DNA of 64,000 nucleotides. Origin: Candidatus Doudnabacteria bacterium. Its GTDB lineage: Bacteria; Patescibacteriota; Doudnabacteria; UBA920; O2-02-FULL-48-8. The first letter of the stretch is position 1. Each line of letters begins with the position of its first letter. The notes beneath the pieces are model-generated. The model was not told where the DNA came from and did no database searches. It saw nothing but the letters and a program-made list of their open reading frames with translations. Position numbers and translations under genes: made by a program. This document shows positions 37,746 to 46,465 of the stretch, piece by piece. The stretch is from contig JBDTSL010000002.1 of assembly GCA_039931165.1 (NCBI GenBank), forward strand, positions 7,134-71,133, read 5' to 3'.

Positions 37746-38428
37746 TAAATAATCTCCTTACTGCCAATAATCTTACATTGCCCTAATTGTAAATCATTCA
37801 GGGTTAATTTGCCAATCCGGATGCGCTTAAGGTTTCTGACGGTATAACCCAACGAACCGAACATTTTGCGCACCTGGCGGTTCATTCCTTCGTGGATGGT
37901 GATGTAGACAGTGGTTCCGCTGATCTTAAGCTTGGCGGGCGAGGTCTTTTTGCCGTCGATAATCATGCCATTTTTGATTTTTTCTATTCGTCCCGCCGAT
38001 AATTCCTTGTCCAAAATCACTTCATATTCTTTTTCGTGCTCTTTTGATGGATGGGTCAGGAGCTGGGTCAGTCCGCCGTCATTGGTAAAGATCAAAAGCC
38101 CTTCGGTATTAAAATCAAGGCGGCCGACTGGCCAGACAACATTCCGCAAATTTAGGGGCAATAATTCGTACACGGTTTTACGGTGCTCCGGATCATGCCG
38201 GGTCGTCATATAGCGTTTGGGTTTGTTCAAAACCAGGTAAACCAGTTTTTGCGATCCGATTTTTTTGCCGTTGACCTCAACTTTATCTTTTTCGGGATCG
38301 ATCTTCGTTCCCAGTTCGGTCACGACCTTGCCGTTTACTTTCACTTTCCTGTTCACGATCAAATCTTCGGCATGCCGGCGGGAAGCCACTCCTGCTTGTG
38401 AAATAAATTTTTGTAATCGTTCCAGCAT
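37745..38428 (-). CDS. rluB: rRNA pseudouridine synthase, RsuA/RluB family
   Basis: S4 domain (RLQKFISQAGVASRR), VGRLD, KEYEV, EGMNRQVRKM. Confidence 0.9.
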   Translation of the reverse strand: MLERLQKFISQAGVASRRHAEDLIVNRKVKVNGKVVTELGTKIDPEKDKVEVNGKKIGSQKLVYLVLNKPKRYMTTRHDPEHRKTVYELLPLNLRNVVWPVGRLDFNTEGLLIFTNDGGLTQLLTHPSKEHEKEYEVILDKELSAGRIEKIKNGMIIDGKKTSPAKLKISGTTVYITIHEGMNRQVRKMFGSLGYTVRNLKRIRIGKLTLNDLQLGQCKIIGSKEII

Positions 38429-38907
38429 CAGCTTGATCCGATCAAATAGCCGGCCAGGAAAACCAAGGCACCCCCGACCACCACTTGGAGTATCGAAACA
38501 AAAAAGTTCATTTTCATATACCTGTAGCGGATAAACGCGATGACAAACAACTCAACTCCCACGATCAAATATGCCCAAAACAAAGCGCTGTTAAAATTAT
38601 GCGACAAGAACGGCAAAGTATGGAAAATTCCTCCCAAAAAAGTCATCAGGCCGGTGATGAATCCCCGCATCACCGGATGCCCTCTTCCGGTCAGTTCGCC
38701 CGTATCGGATAGCCCTTCGGCAAAAGCCATGCTGATGGCAGCGCCAGCGGCGGCCGAGAAGCCGATCAAAAATGCGATGTGGTTGCTGCGGGTGGCGAAT
38801 GCCGCGGCGAACAGCGGCGCCAGAGTGGACACCGAGCCGTCCATCAGCCCCAGCAAACCGGGTTGAATTATGCGGCGCAAAAAATGCGCTTCTTGTTCAG
38901 TGTGCAT
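38428..38907 (-). CDS. VIT1/CCC1 family membrane protein (MbfA C-terminal-like)
   Basis: QPGLLGLMDGSVSTLAPLFAAA, ISMAFAEGLSD, TGRG, HTLPF. Confidence 0.85.
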   Translation of the reverse strand: MHTEQEAHFLRRIIQPGLLGLMDGSVSTLAPLFAAAFATRSNHIAFLIGFSAAAGAAISMAFAEGLSDTGELTGRGHPVMRGFITGLMTFLGGIFHTLPFLSHNFNSALFWAYLIVGVELFVIAFIRYRYMKMNFFVSILQVVVGGALVFLAGYLIGSS

Positions 38908-38977
38908 TAAAATCTTACTTTGAATTACATTAATTTAAAGTTATACTTAAACGGTCTCGGGTTTTGAAGGAGGAAAC

Positions 38978-39250
38978 ATGGAAATCTTAATTGCTGCCTT
39001 GGTAGTGAGCACTGGCATCGTGGCTTGTGTCAAACGTTTCAGGGAAGCGCAAAGAGAACGCTTCGACAACATCGGTCCCACCGTCATGATCCAAGCGATA
39101 GCGCTGGCAGTAAGTTTGGTCTGCCTGGTTTTTGCAGGCGAGTCGGTAATTCTTGCTGTCTGGTCAATCGGTTTTTCAGGACTGGTCATCAGCAGCTACG
39201 TGGTGCATCTCTTCGTACTCGCGGTTAGCAGTGCCAACCCGCCCTGTTAG
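38978..39250 (+). CDS. Hypothetical membrane protein
   Basis: 90 aa with three hydrophobic segments, AAGGAGG SD and TATACT upstream. Confidence 0.6.
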   Translation: MEILIAALVVSTGIVACVKRFREAQRERFDNIGPTVMIQAIALAVSLVCLVFAGESVILAVWSIGFSGLVISSYVVHLFVLAVSSANPPC

Positions 39251-39300
39251 TTTTTGAGAACCTTCATGCCGCGGTGAACTACACCTTGCGGCTTTTTTTT

Positions 39301-39375
39301 TGGTGGGTGTGGCGCGGATCGAACGCGCGACCCTCTGCTTAAAAGGCAGGTGCTCTACCACTGAGCTACACACCC
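39301..39375 (-). tRNA. tRNA-Lys(TTT)
   Basis: GGGTGTGTAGCTCAGTGGTAGAGC...CTGC-CTTTTAA-GCAG...GTTCGATCC...CACACCC-ACCA. Confidence 0.93.
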
Positions 39376-39627
39376 AAAAATTGCCAAGCAATTTTTGCCT
39401 CGAGCCTGCCGAGAGGCTCAGACAATAAAAGCCTACTTATTATACAGATTTTGGGAGATTTTTCAACCTTCTCGACACCGCTCGAGGTTGACCCTGAGCG
39501 ATAGCCGAACGGGTCAAGACTTGAACCCAGTATATCAACTTTTGATAATGGCCTTCAAAAATTACTTTAGCAGTGATCTAAATTCACTGTTCACGGCCAT
39601 TTGAACCGCAAAAGCATCAAAGTTGTA

Positions 39628-40767
39628 TTACTGGGTGAACTTTCCCCAAAAACCTTCGTCCACATCTACGGCTTCGCCTTTTTCTCCGGCCATTTGCTTG
39701 AACAATTCTTTTTCTTTCTTGGTAAGCTTCGTCGGAGTCACAACATGGACTGTCACAAAATGATCTCCCCGTCCCGAACCGTTGAGGATGGGCACGCCCT
39801 TGCCTTTCAGCCGGAAAACTTTTTCGGTCTGGGTTCCGGCCGGGATTTTCATTTTTGCTGTGCCATCCACCGTCATCACCTCAATCGTGGTGCCCAGCGC
39901 CGCCTGATAAAAGCTAACCGGGAGCTCTGAAAAAACATTGCTGCCTTCCCTCTTAAATCCGGATTTTTCGGAAACATGGATCCGCAAATAAAGGTCGCCG
40001 AAATTTGATCCTTTGTAGCCCACTTCTCCTTCGTTGGCCACACGAATCCTCTGCCCTTCCTCAATCCCCGCCGGAATTTTTACCTTTAAAGTTTTTCTTG
40101 CCCTGACTGAACCCGATCCTTTACAGACCGAACACGCCCGCTCCGGGACTTTGCCCGTGCCATCGCACTCATCGCACGTTGCGGTTGATGCGATGGAACC
40201 GAATATGGTGCGGCGGTTGGTCCGGATCTGGCCTGTGCCATGGCATTTCGGGCAGGTCAGAATCTTGCTCCCGGGCTCTCCTCCCGAACCTTTACAATGC
40301 GCGCAGGTGTCGGTTTTCTCCAAGGTTATTTCTTTTTCTACCCCAAAAACAGCCTCATCGAAAGTCAGATAAATTTCCATCTCCAGATCCACTCCGCGTT
40401 CGCGCCGGGCTCGCCTGGTGGCGGTAGGCCCGCCAAAAATATCCGAGAACATATCAAAGGCATCGTCAAATTCAATGCCACCATTAAATCCCTGAGTGAA
40501 ATTGGAAAAATCAAACCCCTCGAAACCGGTCCCTGTCGCCCCCGCTCCCGCCCTATTCTGGTAATTCGAGCCAAACCGGTCGAACTGCTGACGCTTTTCG
40601 GGATTGGACAGAACCTGATAAGCCTCATTTATTTCCTTAAACTTGGCCTCATTGCCTTTGTCCTTGTCCGGATGATGCTCATGGGCCAATTTCCGGTACG
40701 CCTTCTTGATCTCTTCCGGACTGGCATTTTTTGCCACACCGAGTGTGGAATAATAATCAGCTGCCAT
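39628..40767 (-). CDS. dnaJ: Chaperone DnaJ
   Basis: J domain HPD, G/F region and four CxxCxGxG repeats. Confidence 0.98.
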   Translation of the reverse strand: MAADYYSTLGVAKNASPEEIKKAYRKLAHEHHPDKDKGNEAKFKEINEAYQVLSNPEKRQQFDRFGSNYQNRAGAGATGTGFEGFDFSNFTQGFNGGIEFDDAFDMFSDIFGGPTATRRARRERGVDLEMEIYLTFDEAVFGVEKEITLEKTDTCAHCKGSGGEPGSKILTCPKCHGTGQIRTNRRTIFGSIASTATCDECDGTGKVPERACSVCKGSGSVRARKTLKVKIPAGIEEGQRIRVANEGEVGYKGSNFGDLYLRIHVSEKSGFKREGSNVFSELPVSFYQAALGTTIEVMTVDGTAKMKIPAGTQTEKVFRLKGKGVPILNGSGRGDHFVTVHVVTPTKLTKKEKELFKQMAGEKGEAVDVDEGFWGKFTQ

Positions 40768-40770
40768 AAA

Positions 40771-41664
40771 TTATACGGTTAGTCTCTCCACTTCAACCTG
40801 GATTTTGGCTAATTTGAAAAACTTCACCGCCAATAATATCCTGAACAATACCCAGCATATCAATTGAGTGGTCCAATTGAGCAAAAACGCGAATGTCAGC
40901 AGCAAGCCGGTAACAATGATCGCGAAAACAAACGGGAAATATCCCTCGTAATTGAGCGAGGCCTGACGTAGCTTGTCGGTGGCGATCTGGGCGAAGACGT
41001 CAGCCAGGGACTGATTGCCGGACACAGCCTTGATCTGAAACTGTTTAAAAAAATCGGCGCGGTATTGTCTGATGACCGAAGGATTTGTGGTCTTGGCCTG
41101 GTTTGATAAAAATTGGTCAAGCGTCTGGTTAAAATCAACCCCGGCCGGCAGGTCCTTGGTAAAATATGGCACGGTTTTGGCCGCGGCCTGTCCCAGACGC
41201 TGATAATAAGCATCGGGGTTAGCCAGAAAATCAGCTTGCGTATTGTAGTAGACGATGCACCCGATCAAAAGCAAAATGGCGTAGATCATGACCGAGACGC
41301 TGTTACTGATCACTCGCCGCATAGAAAAATCCACGGAGTTTTTTTCTTCGGACCTGATGCGCCATTCGAACAAAAACATTAAGATCAGAAAAAGCCCGCC
41401 GCCCAAAATCACTGCCGGGTCTTTGGGCATGACCAGAACATAACCGGCGATGGTCAAAATTTCCACAACCAGAGCAGTCCGGCGGCTCTTATTGGTCAGA
41501 TAAAAAAAGGTCAAAAACGAAATAGCCGTGATCGATGCAAGCACTGCCCAAAGCCAAAAAATCGGGGACTTGCCGTCAATAATTCCCTGCCGCAACAAAA
41601 ACCAGTCAGCTGTCCATAGAACCACCGAAACCAGGCCCAAAACATCAACTTTAATATTTTTCAT
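40771..41664 (-). CDS. Hypothetical multi-pass membrane protein in the dnaK operon
   Basis: About six hydrophobic helices; ATG 41664 follows the DUF3467 stop. Confidence 0.75.
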   Translation of the reverse strand: MKNIKVDVLGLVSVVLWTADWFLLRQGIIDGKSPIFWLWAVLASITAISFLTFFYLTNKSRRTALVVEILTIAGYVLVMPKDPAVILGGGLFLILMFLFEWRIRSEEKNSVDFSMRRVISNSVSVMIYAILLLIGCIVYYNTQADFLANPDAYYQRLGQAAAKTVPYFTKDLPAGVDFNQTLDQFLSNQAKTTNPSVIRQYRADFFKQFQIKAVSGNQSLADVFAQIATDKLRQASLNYEGYFPFVFAIIVTGLLLTFAFLLNWTTQLICWVLFRILLAVKFFKLAKIQVEVERLTV

Positions 41665-41671
41665 TTGTTTT

Positions 41672-41998
41672 TTATTTACTGCCGAACCCGAATGGCCGGT
41701 CAGAGCTTGACGTTTGGCCTCCGGCTTGGGGTTTCTGCTCCTCAATTTTCCCGAACTGTTCTTCGTATTTTTTCAGATTATCGTTGATCGCCGCAGCCAT
41801 CCGCTTGAAATGCCCGGGACTGGTGATGACTTTCGCCGTGGCGATGCCTTGTCCCGGCGGCGGAAAAAACGCGAGGTTGATAAAATCCAAAACAAATTCT
41901 TCCTTGGAATGCGACACGAACATATTGTTGGCATAAGAGCCTTTCAGGACATCATCGGGAATTTTTATATTGATGTTTTGACCTTGTTGTTGATCCAT
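41672..41998 (-). CDS. DUF3467 family protein
   Basis: GSYANNMFVSHSKEEFVLDF...SPGHFKR...YEEQFGKI. Confidence 0.85.
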   Translation of the reverse strand: MDQQQGQNINIKIPDDVLKGSYANNMFVSHSKEEFVLDFINLAFFPPPGQGIATAKVITSPGHFKRMAAAINDNLKKYEEQFGKIEEQKPQAGGQTSSSDRPFGFGSK

Positions 41999-42007
41999 AT
42001 TGATTAT

Positions 42008-42086
42008 CTACGAAAGTACGAATTTTTCGAAATTACGAAGCGGGCTAACTCTTTTCGTAATTTCGTTTTCTTTCGTACTTTCGTAG
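42008..42086. repeat. Mirror array of ~9-bp ACGAA/TTCGT repeats
   Basis: CTACGAAAGTACGAATTTTTCGAAATTACGAA and TTCGTAATTTCGTTTTCTTTCGTACTTTCGTAG. Confidence 0.7.
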
Positions 42087-42094
42087 CAAGTTAA

Positions 42095-43954
42095 TTATTT
42101 CTTAGTTTCATCGACAACTTCGGCATCCACTGGACCCTGTTTGGCATCCGGCTCAGTCTTTTCTGTTCCCTGGGCGCTGGCGCCTGGCCCCTGCTCTTTA
42201 TACATAGCCGCGCCGACTTTTTGGATGGCAGCAGATAACTCATCCATGGCTTTTTTTATCGGATCCAATTCCGGTTTATCTTTGATCGCTTTAAGGGCGT
42301 CAATCTTGGTTTGGACTTCTTTTTTATCGGCTTCGGAAGCCTTTCCCTCCGCGTCTTTCAGCGTTCGTTCTGAAACGGAGATCAAAGTGTCGGCGTTATT
42401 CCGAGTCTCAATCACTTCCTTATTCTTGCGGTCTTCCTCGGCATGAGCTTCCGCTTCCTTTTTCATGCGCTCCACTTCTTCTTTTGACAGGTTGGATGAA
42501 CCGGTCACGGTAATGTTCTGGGATTTTCCGGTCCCTTTGTCTTTGGCCGTAACTTTCAGGATGCCGTTGGCATCAATGTCGAAAGTCACTTCTATCTGGG
42601 GCACGCCCCGGGGCGCAGGCGGCAAGCCGTCCAAGTGGAAGCTGCCGAGCGACTTGTTATCTTTGGCGAATGGCCTCTCGCCCTGCACGATATTTATTTC
42701 CACAGAGGTCTGGTTGTCCGCCGCGGTTGAGAAAGTCTGGCTTTTTGAGGTCGGAATCGTGGTGTTCCGTTCGATGAGAGGCGTGGCTACCCCGCCCAGA
42801 GTTTCCAGGCCCAGGGTCAGCGGTGTCACATCCAGCAGAAGAATTTCTTTTCCGGCAACATCGCCGGACAGCACACCGGCCTGCACTGCGGCGCCCTTAG
42901 CCACGGCTTCCATCGGATCAATGCCGCGCTCCACCTGCTTGCCGATGTATTCTTCCACGAATTTGGCAACTACCGGCATGCGGGTCGGGCCTCCGATCAA
43001 AATAATTTTGGCGATGTCGGCAGGAGTGAGTTTTGCGTCTGTCAGAGCCTGCTCGACCGGCTGCTTCATCCGCGCCACGATCGGTTTAACCAAATCTTCC
43101 AGTTTCGAGCGTGTCAATTTCATGTTTAGATGTTTTGGACCGGCAGCGTCCGCGGAGATGAACGGCAGGTTCAGATCGGTTTCGAGAGTGGTGGATAGTT
43201 CAATTTTGGCTTTTTCCACGGCCTCGCGCACGCGGTTCATGGCCATTTTGTCTTGTGTCAGATCCAAGCCGGTTTCGCGTTTGAATTCGGACGCCACAAA
43301 ATCAATCAGAGTCTGGTCCATGTCCTTGCCGCCGAGCTGGGTGTCGCCTGACGTCGACAAAACCTCGAAAGTCGCCTGTCCTCCCGCTTCGCCGAAATCC
43401 ATGATCGTCACATCCAGCGTACCGCCGCCCAGATCGAACACCAGGATCTTCTGGTCTTTGCCCGATTTATCCAGGCCGTAGGCGAAAGCCGCGGCAGTCG
43501 GCTCATTGATCACGCGCACCACATCCAAGCCCGCGATTACGCCGGCATTTTTCGTGGCCGTTCTTTGGCTGTCGTCAAAGTATGCGGGAACCGTGATCAC
43601 AGCCTTGGCCACAGGCTCGCCCAAAAACGCTTCCGCGTCTTTTTTGATCTTTTGCAGCAAAAACGCGGAAAGCTGCTCCGGCGTATACTCCTTGCCAATA
43701 AGTTTATACTTGAAATTGGTGCCCATTTTGCGTTTAAATTCAAACGCTGTGCCTTCCGGATTGGTCACAGCCTGCCGTCTGGCCGGCTCGCCGACCAGAA
43801 GCTGACCGTCCTTCGTGAACGCGACATATGATGGGAAGGCTTTGCCTGACATGGTCTGGCCTTCGGCCGACGGAATGATCACCGGCTTCCCGGCTTCCAT
43901 CACCGAGGCGGCGCTATTTGATGTTCCCAAATCTATTCCTATAATTTTTGGCAT
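42095..43954 (-). CDS. dnaK: Chaperone DnaK
   Basis: IGIDLGT, VPAYF, NEPTAAA, DLGGGT, LLDVTPL. Confidence 0.99.
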   Translation of the reverse strand: MPKIIGIDLGTSNSAASVMEAGKPVIIPSAEGQTMSGKAFPSYVAFTKDGQLLVGEPARRQAVTNPEGTAFEFKRKMGTNFKYKLIGKEYTPEQLSAFLLQKIKKDAEAFLGEPVAKAVITVPAYFDDSQRTATKNAGVIAGLDVVRVINEPTAAAFAYGLDKSGKDQKILVFDLGGGTLDVTIMDFGEAGGQATFEVLSTSGDTQLGGKDMDQTLIDFVASEFKRETGLDLTQDKMAMNRVREAVEKAKIELSTTLETDLNLPFISADAAGPKHLNMKLTRSKLEDLVKPIVARMKQPVEQALTDAKLTPADIAKIILIGGPTRMPVVAKFVEEYIGKQVERGIDPMEAVAKGAAVQAGVLSGDVAGKEILLLDVTPLTLGLETLGGVATPLIERNTTIPTSKSQTFSTAADNQTSVEINIVQGERPFAKDNKSLGSFHLDGLPPAPRGVPQIEVTFDIDANGILKVTAKDKGTGKSQNITVTGSSNLSKEEVERMKKEAEAHAEEDRKNKEVIETRNNADTLISVSERTLKDAEGKASEADKKEVQTKIDALKAIKDKPELDPIKKAMDELSAAIQKVGAAMYKEQGPGASAQGTEKTEPDAKQGPVDAEVVDETKK

Positions 43955-43955
43955 A

Positions 43956-44426
43956 CTATTTATCCTTTCCCACTCCGACTTTCGCCGGAATAATTACTTT
44001 ATTGTTCAATAAAAATCCGGGCTGAATTTCTTTCACGATCTTGCCTGGCTCCGATCCCTCAATTTGTTCAACCGCTTCATGCCTGGTCGGATCAAACTTT
44101 TCGCCAACTGTCTTGATCTTCACCACTCCCAGTTCTTCCATGCTTTTTTCCAGTTGCTGTATAGTGGCGCGCAATCCCGTCAGCCAATCTTTATACTTTT
44201 CGTCTTCCGGCGCGTAAAACAGAACCTGTTCCAGGCTCTGCAAACTCGGCATCAATCTGATGACCGCCATTTCTTTGGCGAATTCAAACAGTTCTTTCGA
44301 TTCCGCTTCCTTGCGCTTCCGGTAGTTCTCAAAATCCGCCGCGGTGCGCTTCCAGTTCGCGGTCAGTTCCGCGATCTGTTCTTCGGGACTGACTATTTTC
44401 GGTTCGTCTTGTTGCTGATCTGTCAT
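43956..44426 (-). CDS. grpE: Nucleotide exchange factor GrpE
   Basis: [23 protein letters not shown]...PAKV. Confidence 0.95.
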   Translation of the reverse strand: MTDQQQDEPKIVSPEEQIAELTANWKRTAADFENYRKRKEAESKELFEFAKEMAVIRLMPSLQSLEQVLFYAPEDEKYKDWLTGLRATIQQLEKSMEELGVVKIKTVGEKFDPTRHEAVEQIEGSEPGKIVKEIQPGFLLNNKVIIPAKVGVGKDK

Positions 44427-44447
44427 ATTATTTCTTGCCTCCTCTAG

Positions 44448-44574
44448 CGTCTTTGCGAGGAGGCCGATTAATTAAGCCTTCGTCTTGCGGCCGACGAAGC
44501 AATCTCTTTCCTGTGAAAAGATTGCTTCGCTCCTGCCAAAATTTAACCCCTAAGCAGCAGTCGCTCGCAAAGAC
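44448..44574. repeat. GTCTTTGCGAG...GAAGCAATC-family REP doublet between hrcA and grpE
   Basis: CGTCTTTGCGAG...CGAAGCAATCTC and GATTGCTTCG...CTCGCAAAGAC. Confidence 0.75.
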
Positions 44575-44575
44575 A

Positions 44576-45307
44576 TTATATTTTTATAAGTAAAACTATA
44601 ATAGCGGTTCCGGCAATCAGTTTGGCTAAATAATTGATAATCGACAAATTCTTCGCGTACGACATCCGTTTCGGGCCGATTATCCCGATCACGCCTTTTT
44701 TTCCGTCCTTCAGCTTGACGTTTGAAACTATCAAGCTCAGATTTTTTGGCACCGGCACAGGCGATTCACCGCCGATTATGGCTTCGGCATTCAGGTCCGA
44801 TTTCTTCACAAGCTTATTCGCGGTCTGGTCAATGTTCTCCAGAAGCTGGGCGACCTGTTTCATGGTTTTGGGATCCGCGAATTCAGGATCACCAATAATG
44901 TGGGACAGTCCGGTAGAGGACGATTGGTTCGGCAGAAGCGCAAACGCGGCCTGTCCCGAAACCTGCGAAAGAAGATTGGAAATGGACCGTCCCAGCTGTT
45001 CGTGGGCAGCAGTTAGCTTGATCAGTTCGGATTTCAGCATCTTTCTTTCCTTTTCCGACAATTCAAACCTGCGCATCAGCTCATTCACGAAAAATCGATA
45101 GCCTTTATCAGTCGGCACGCGGCCGGCGGATTTATGCGGCTGCATGATATAGCCCTGCTCTTCCAGTTGTGCCATGTCATTGCGGATGGTGGCCGAACTG
45201 ACGCGCAAGCCATAGCGATCCTCGATTTCCTTGGATCCCACAGGATTAGCGGATTCCGAGTATTCTTTGACTATTGCGGCTAGTATCTTTTGATGGCGGA
45301 TATCCAT
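44576..45307 (-). CDS. hrcA: Heat-inducible repressor HrcA (short form)
   Basis: PVGS, SSATIRNDM, QPHKSAGRVPTDKGYR, IIGPKRMSY. Confidence 0.95.
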   Translation of the reverse strand: MDIRHQKILAAIVKEYSESANPVGSKEIEDRYGLRVSSATIRNDMAQLEEQGYIMQPHKSAGRVPTDKGYRFFVNELMRRFELSEKERKMLKSELIKLTAAHEQLGRSISNLLSQVSGQAAFALLPNQSSSTGLSHIIGDPEFADPKTMKQVAQLLENIDQTANKLVKKSDLNAEAIIGGESPVPVPKNLSLIVSNVKLKDGKKGVIGIIGPKRMSYAKNLSIINYLAKLIAGTAIIVLLIKI

Positions 45308-45319
45308 TTTCTGGCTTAC

Positions 45320-45393
45320 TTAGCACTATTAGAACTTTGGTGCTAACCTTATTTAATATTTTAATATTAGCACTCCACCTTGTCAAGTGCCAG
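45320..45393 (-). promoter_or_regulatory. Two CIRCE operators and the hrcA promoter
   Basis: TTAGCACTA-N9-TGGTGCTAA (45320-45346) and TTAGCACTC-N9-AAGTGCCAG (45367-45393); minus-strand TTGACA (45386-45381), 17 nt, TAAAAT (45363-45358). Confidence 0.9.
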
Positions 45394-45454
45394 CTCAACA
45401 AAAAAGCCGCTCTGCCAGCTGGCGGATAAGCGGCTCTTTTGTTGCCTCCGGTTT

Positions 45455-46396
45455 TTACTGAAGCGGCTGAGGTCTAGGTAGAGGCGGGGATGACTTGTTA
45501 TACAATTGCGGGTCTATGGTCCTCTCGAAGCAAACCCGGCCGTAGTCATGATTCCAATTGTCATAAGGATAGATCATGGGGATTGCTTTTCCCTGATCCA
45601 AACTTGGGAGATTGAAATTGGCGCAGAGCTGAAAAGCCAAGTTTCCGGTGATTGCATATTCATAAGGATTATTTGTTTCAGGATCGACAGGCGAGCTGAA
45701 TCCCGAAATACTGTCCTTCAGATCGTTCAGAGTCGGAGGCAGGCTGTCTTTTTGCTGCCAGTAATTGACCACCTGGCCTTGAATGGTCTGCAGGTCCGAA
45801 ACTTTACGGGAATCAAAGTTAAGCTGGCGTTGGCGGGCAGGACTGCCAACCGCTATAAATCCGCCAATGGCGCTTGCCAGAACCAAAAGTGAAACACCCC
45901 ACGCCAGAACTTTAATATTTTTAATGCTTCCCAGGCGCAGATCGTAATAATAATAGAGGAAGACCGCGGCCGCGGTTATCAGCACTACGAGAATTTTCAG
46001 AAAAAATCTCAGCGTCACCTCGCCGCCGAACAAGTTATAAACCAGAGTTATCACATCTATGATCACGGTCAGGGCCGAAATAAACAATGTCAGGTACACC
46101 AACCATTTACGCACCCGGATTTCGCGCAGCGCAGGGTCCGAACCAAACTCCCGGTTGATCAGCCAGGTCATCAGGACATATACCGGATACATAACGACCA
46201 AAACAGAGGCTGACCAGCGGATGCTGTTAAGAATGGAAGTATAATAGTAGTTAAGCGGGTCCGGGAACCAGATATTGATAAACTGCCAAAGCAGCGCTAT
46301 AAAACTTACCACCGATGCATAGAGCGTGACAATGGCCAAAAGGTGCATAAATACATCTTTCGGAGTGCTCCTGGGAGCCGTAATTAATTGTGCCAT
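45455..46396 (-). CDS. DUF5671-like membrane protein
   Basis: PKDVFMHL...RKWLVYLTLF...SPARQRQLNFD...DLQTIQ...DPET...YEY...FQLCANF. Confidence 0.75.
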   Translation of the reverse strand: MAQLITAPRSTPKDVFMHLLAIVTLYASVVSFIALLWQFINIWFPDPLNYYYTSILNSIRWSASVLVVMYPVYVLMTWLINREFGSDPALREIRVRKWLVYLTLFISALTVIIDVITLVYNLFGGEVTLRFFLKILVVLITAAAVFLYYYYDLRLGSIKNIKVLAWGVSLLVLASAIGGFIAVGSPARQRQLNFDSRKVSDLQTIQGQVVNYWQQKDSLPPTLNDLKDSISGFSSPVDPETNNPYEYAITGNLAFQLCANFNLPSLDQGKAIPMIYPYDNWNHDYGRVCFERTIDPQLYNKSSPPLPRPQPLQ

Positions 46397-46465
46397 GAAA
46401 AAAATTGGTTAATAACTTAATCTAATTATAGGACAAATGACGCATACGTTCAAGAATCGCTAATT

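Noticed and set aside
38978-39520. Integrated element at tRNA-Lys
   Set aside because: Only one small ORFan and short hairpin repeats are present; no integrase or att duplication.
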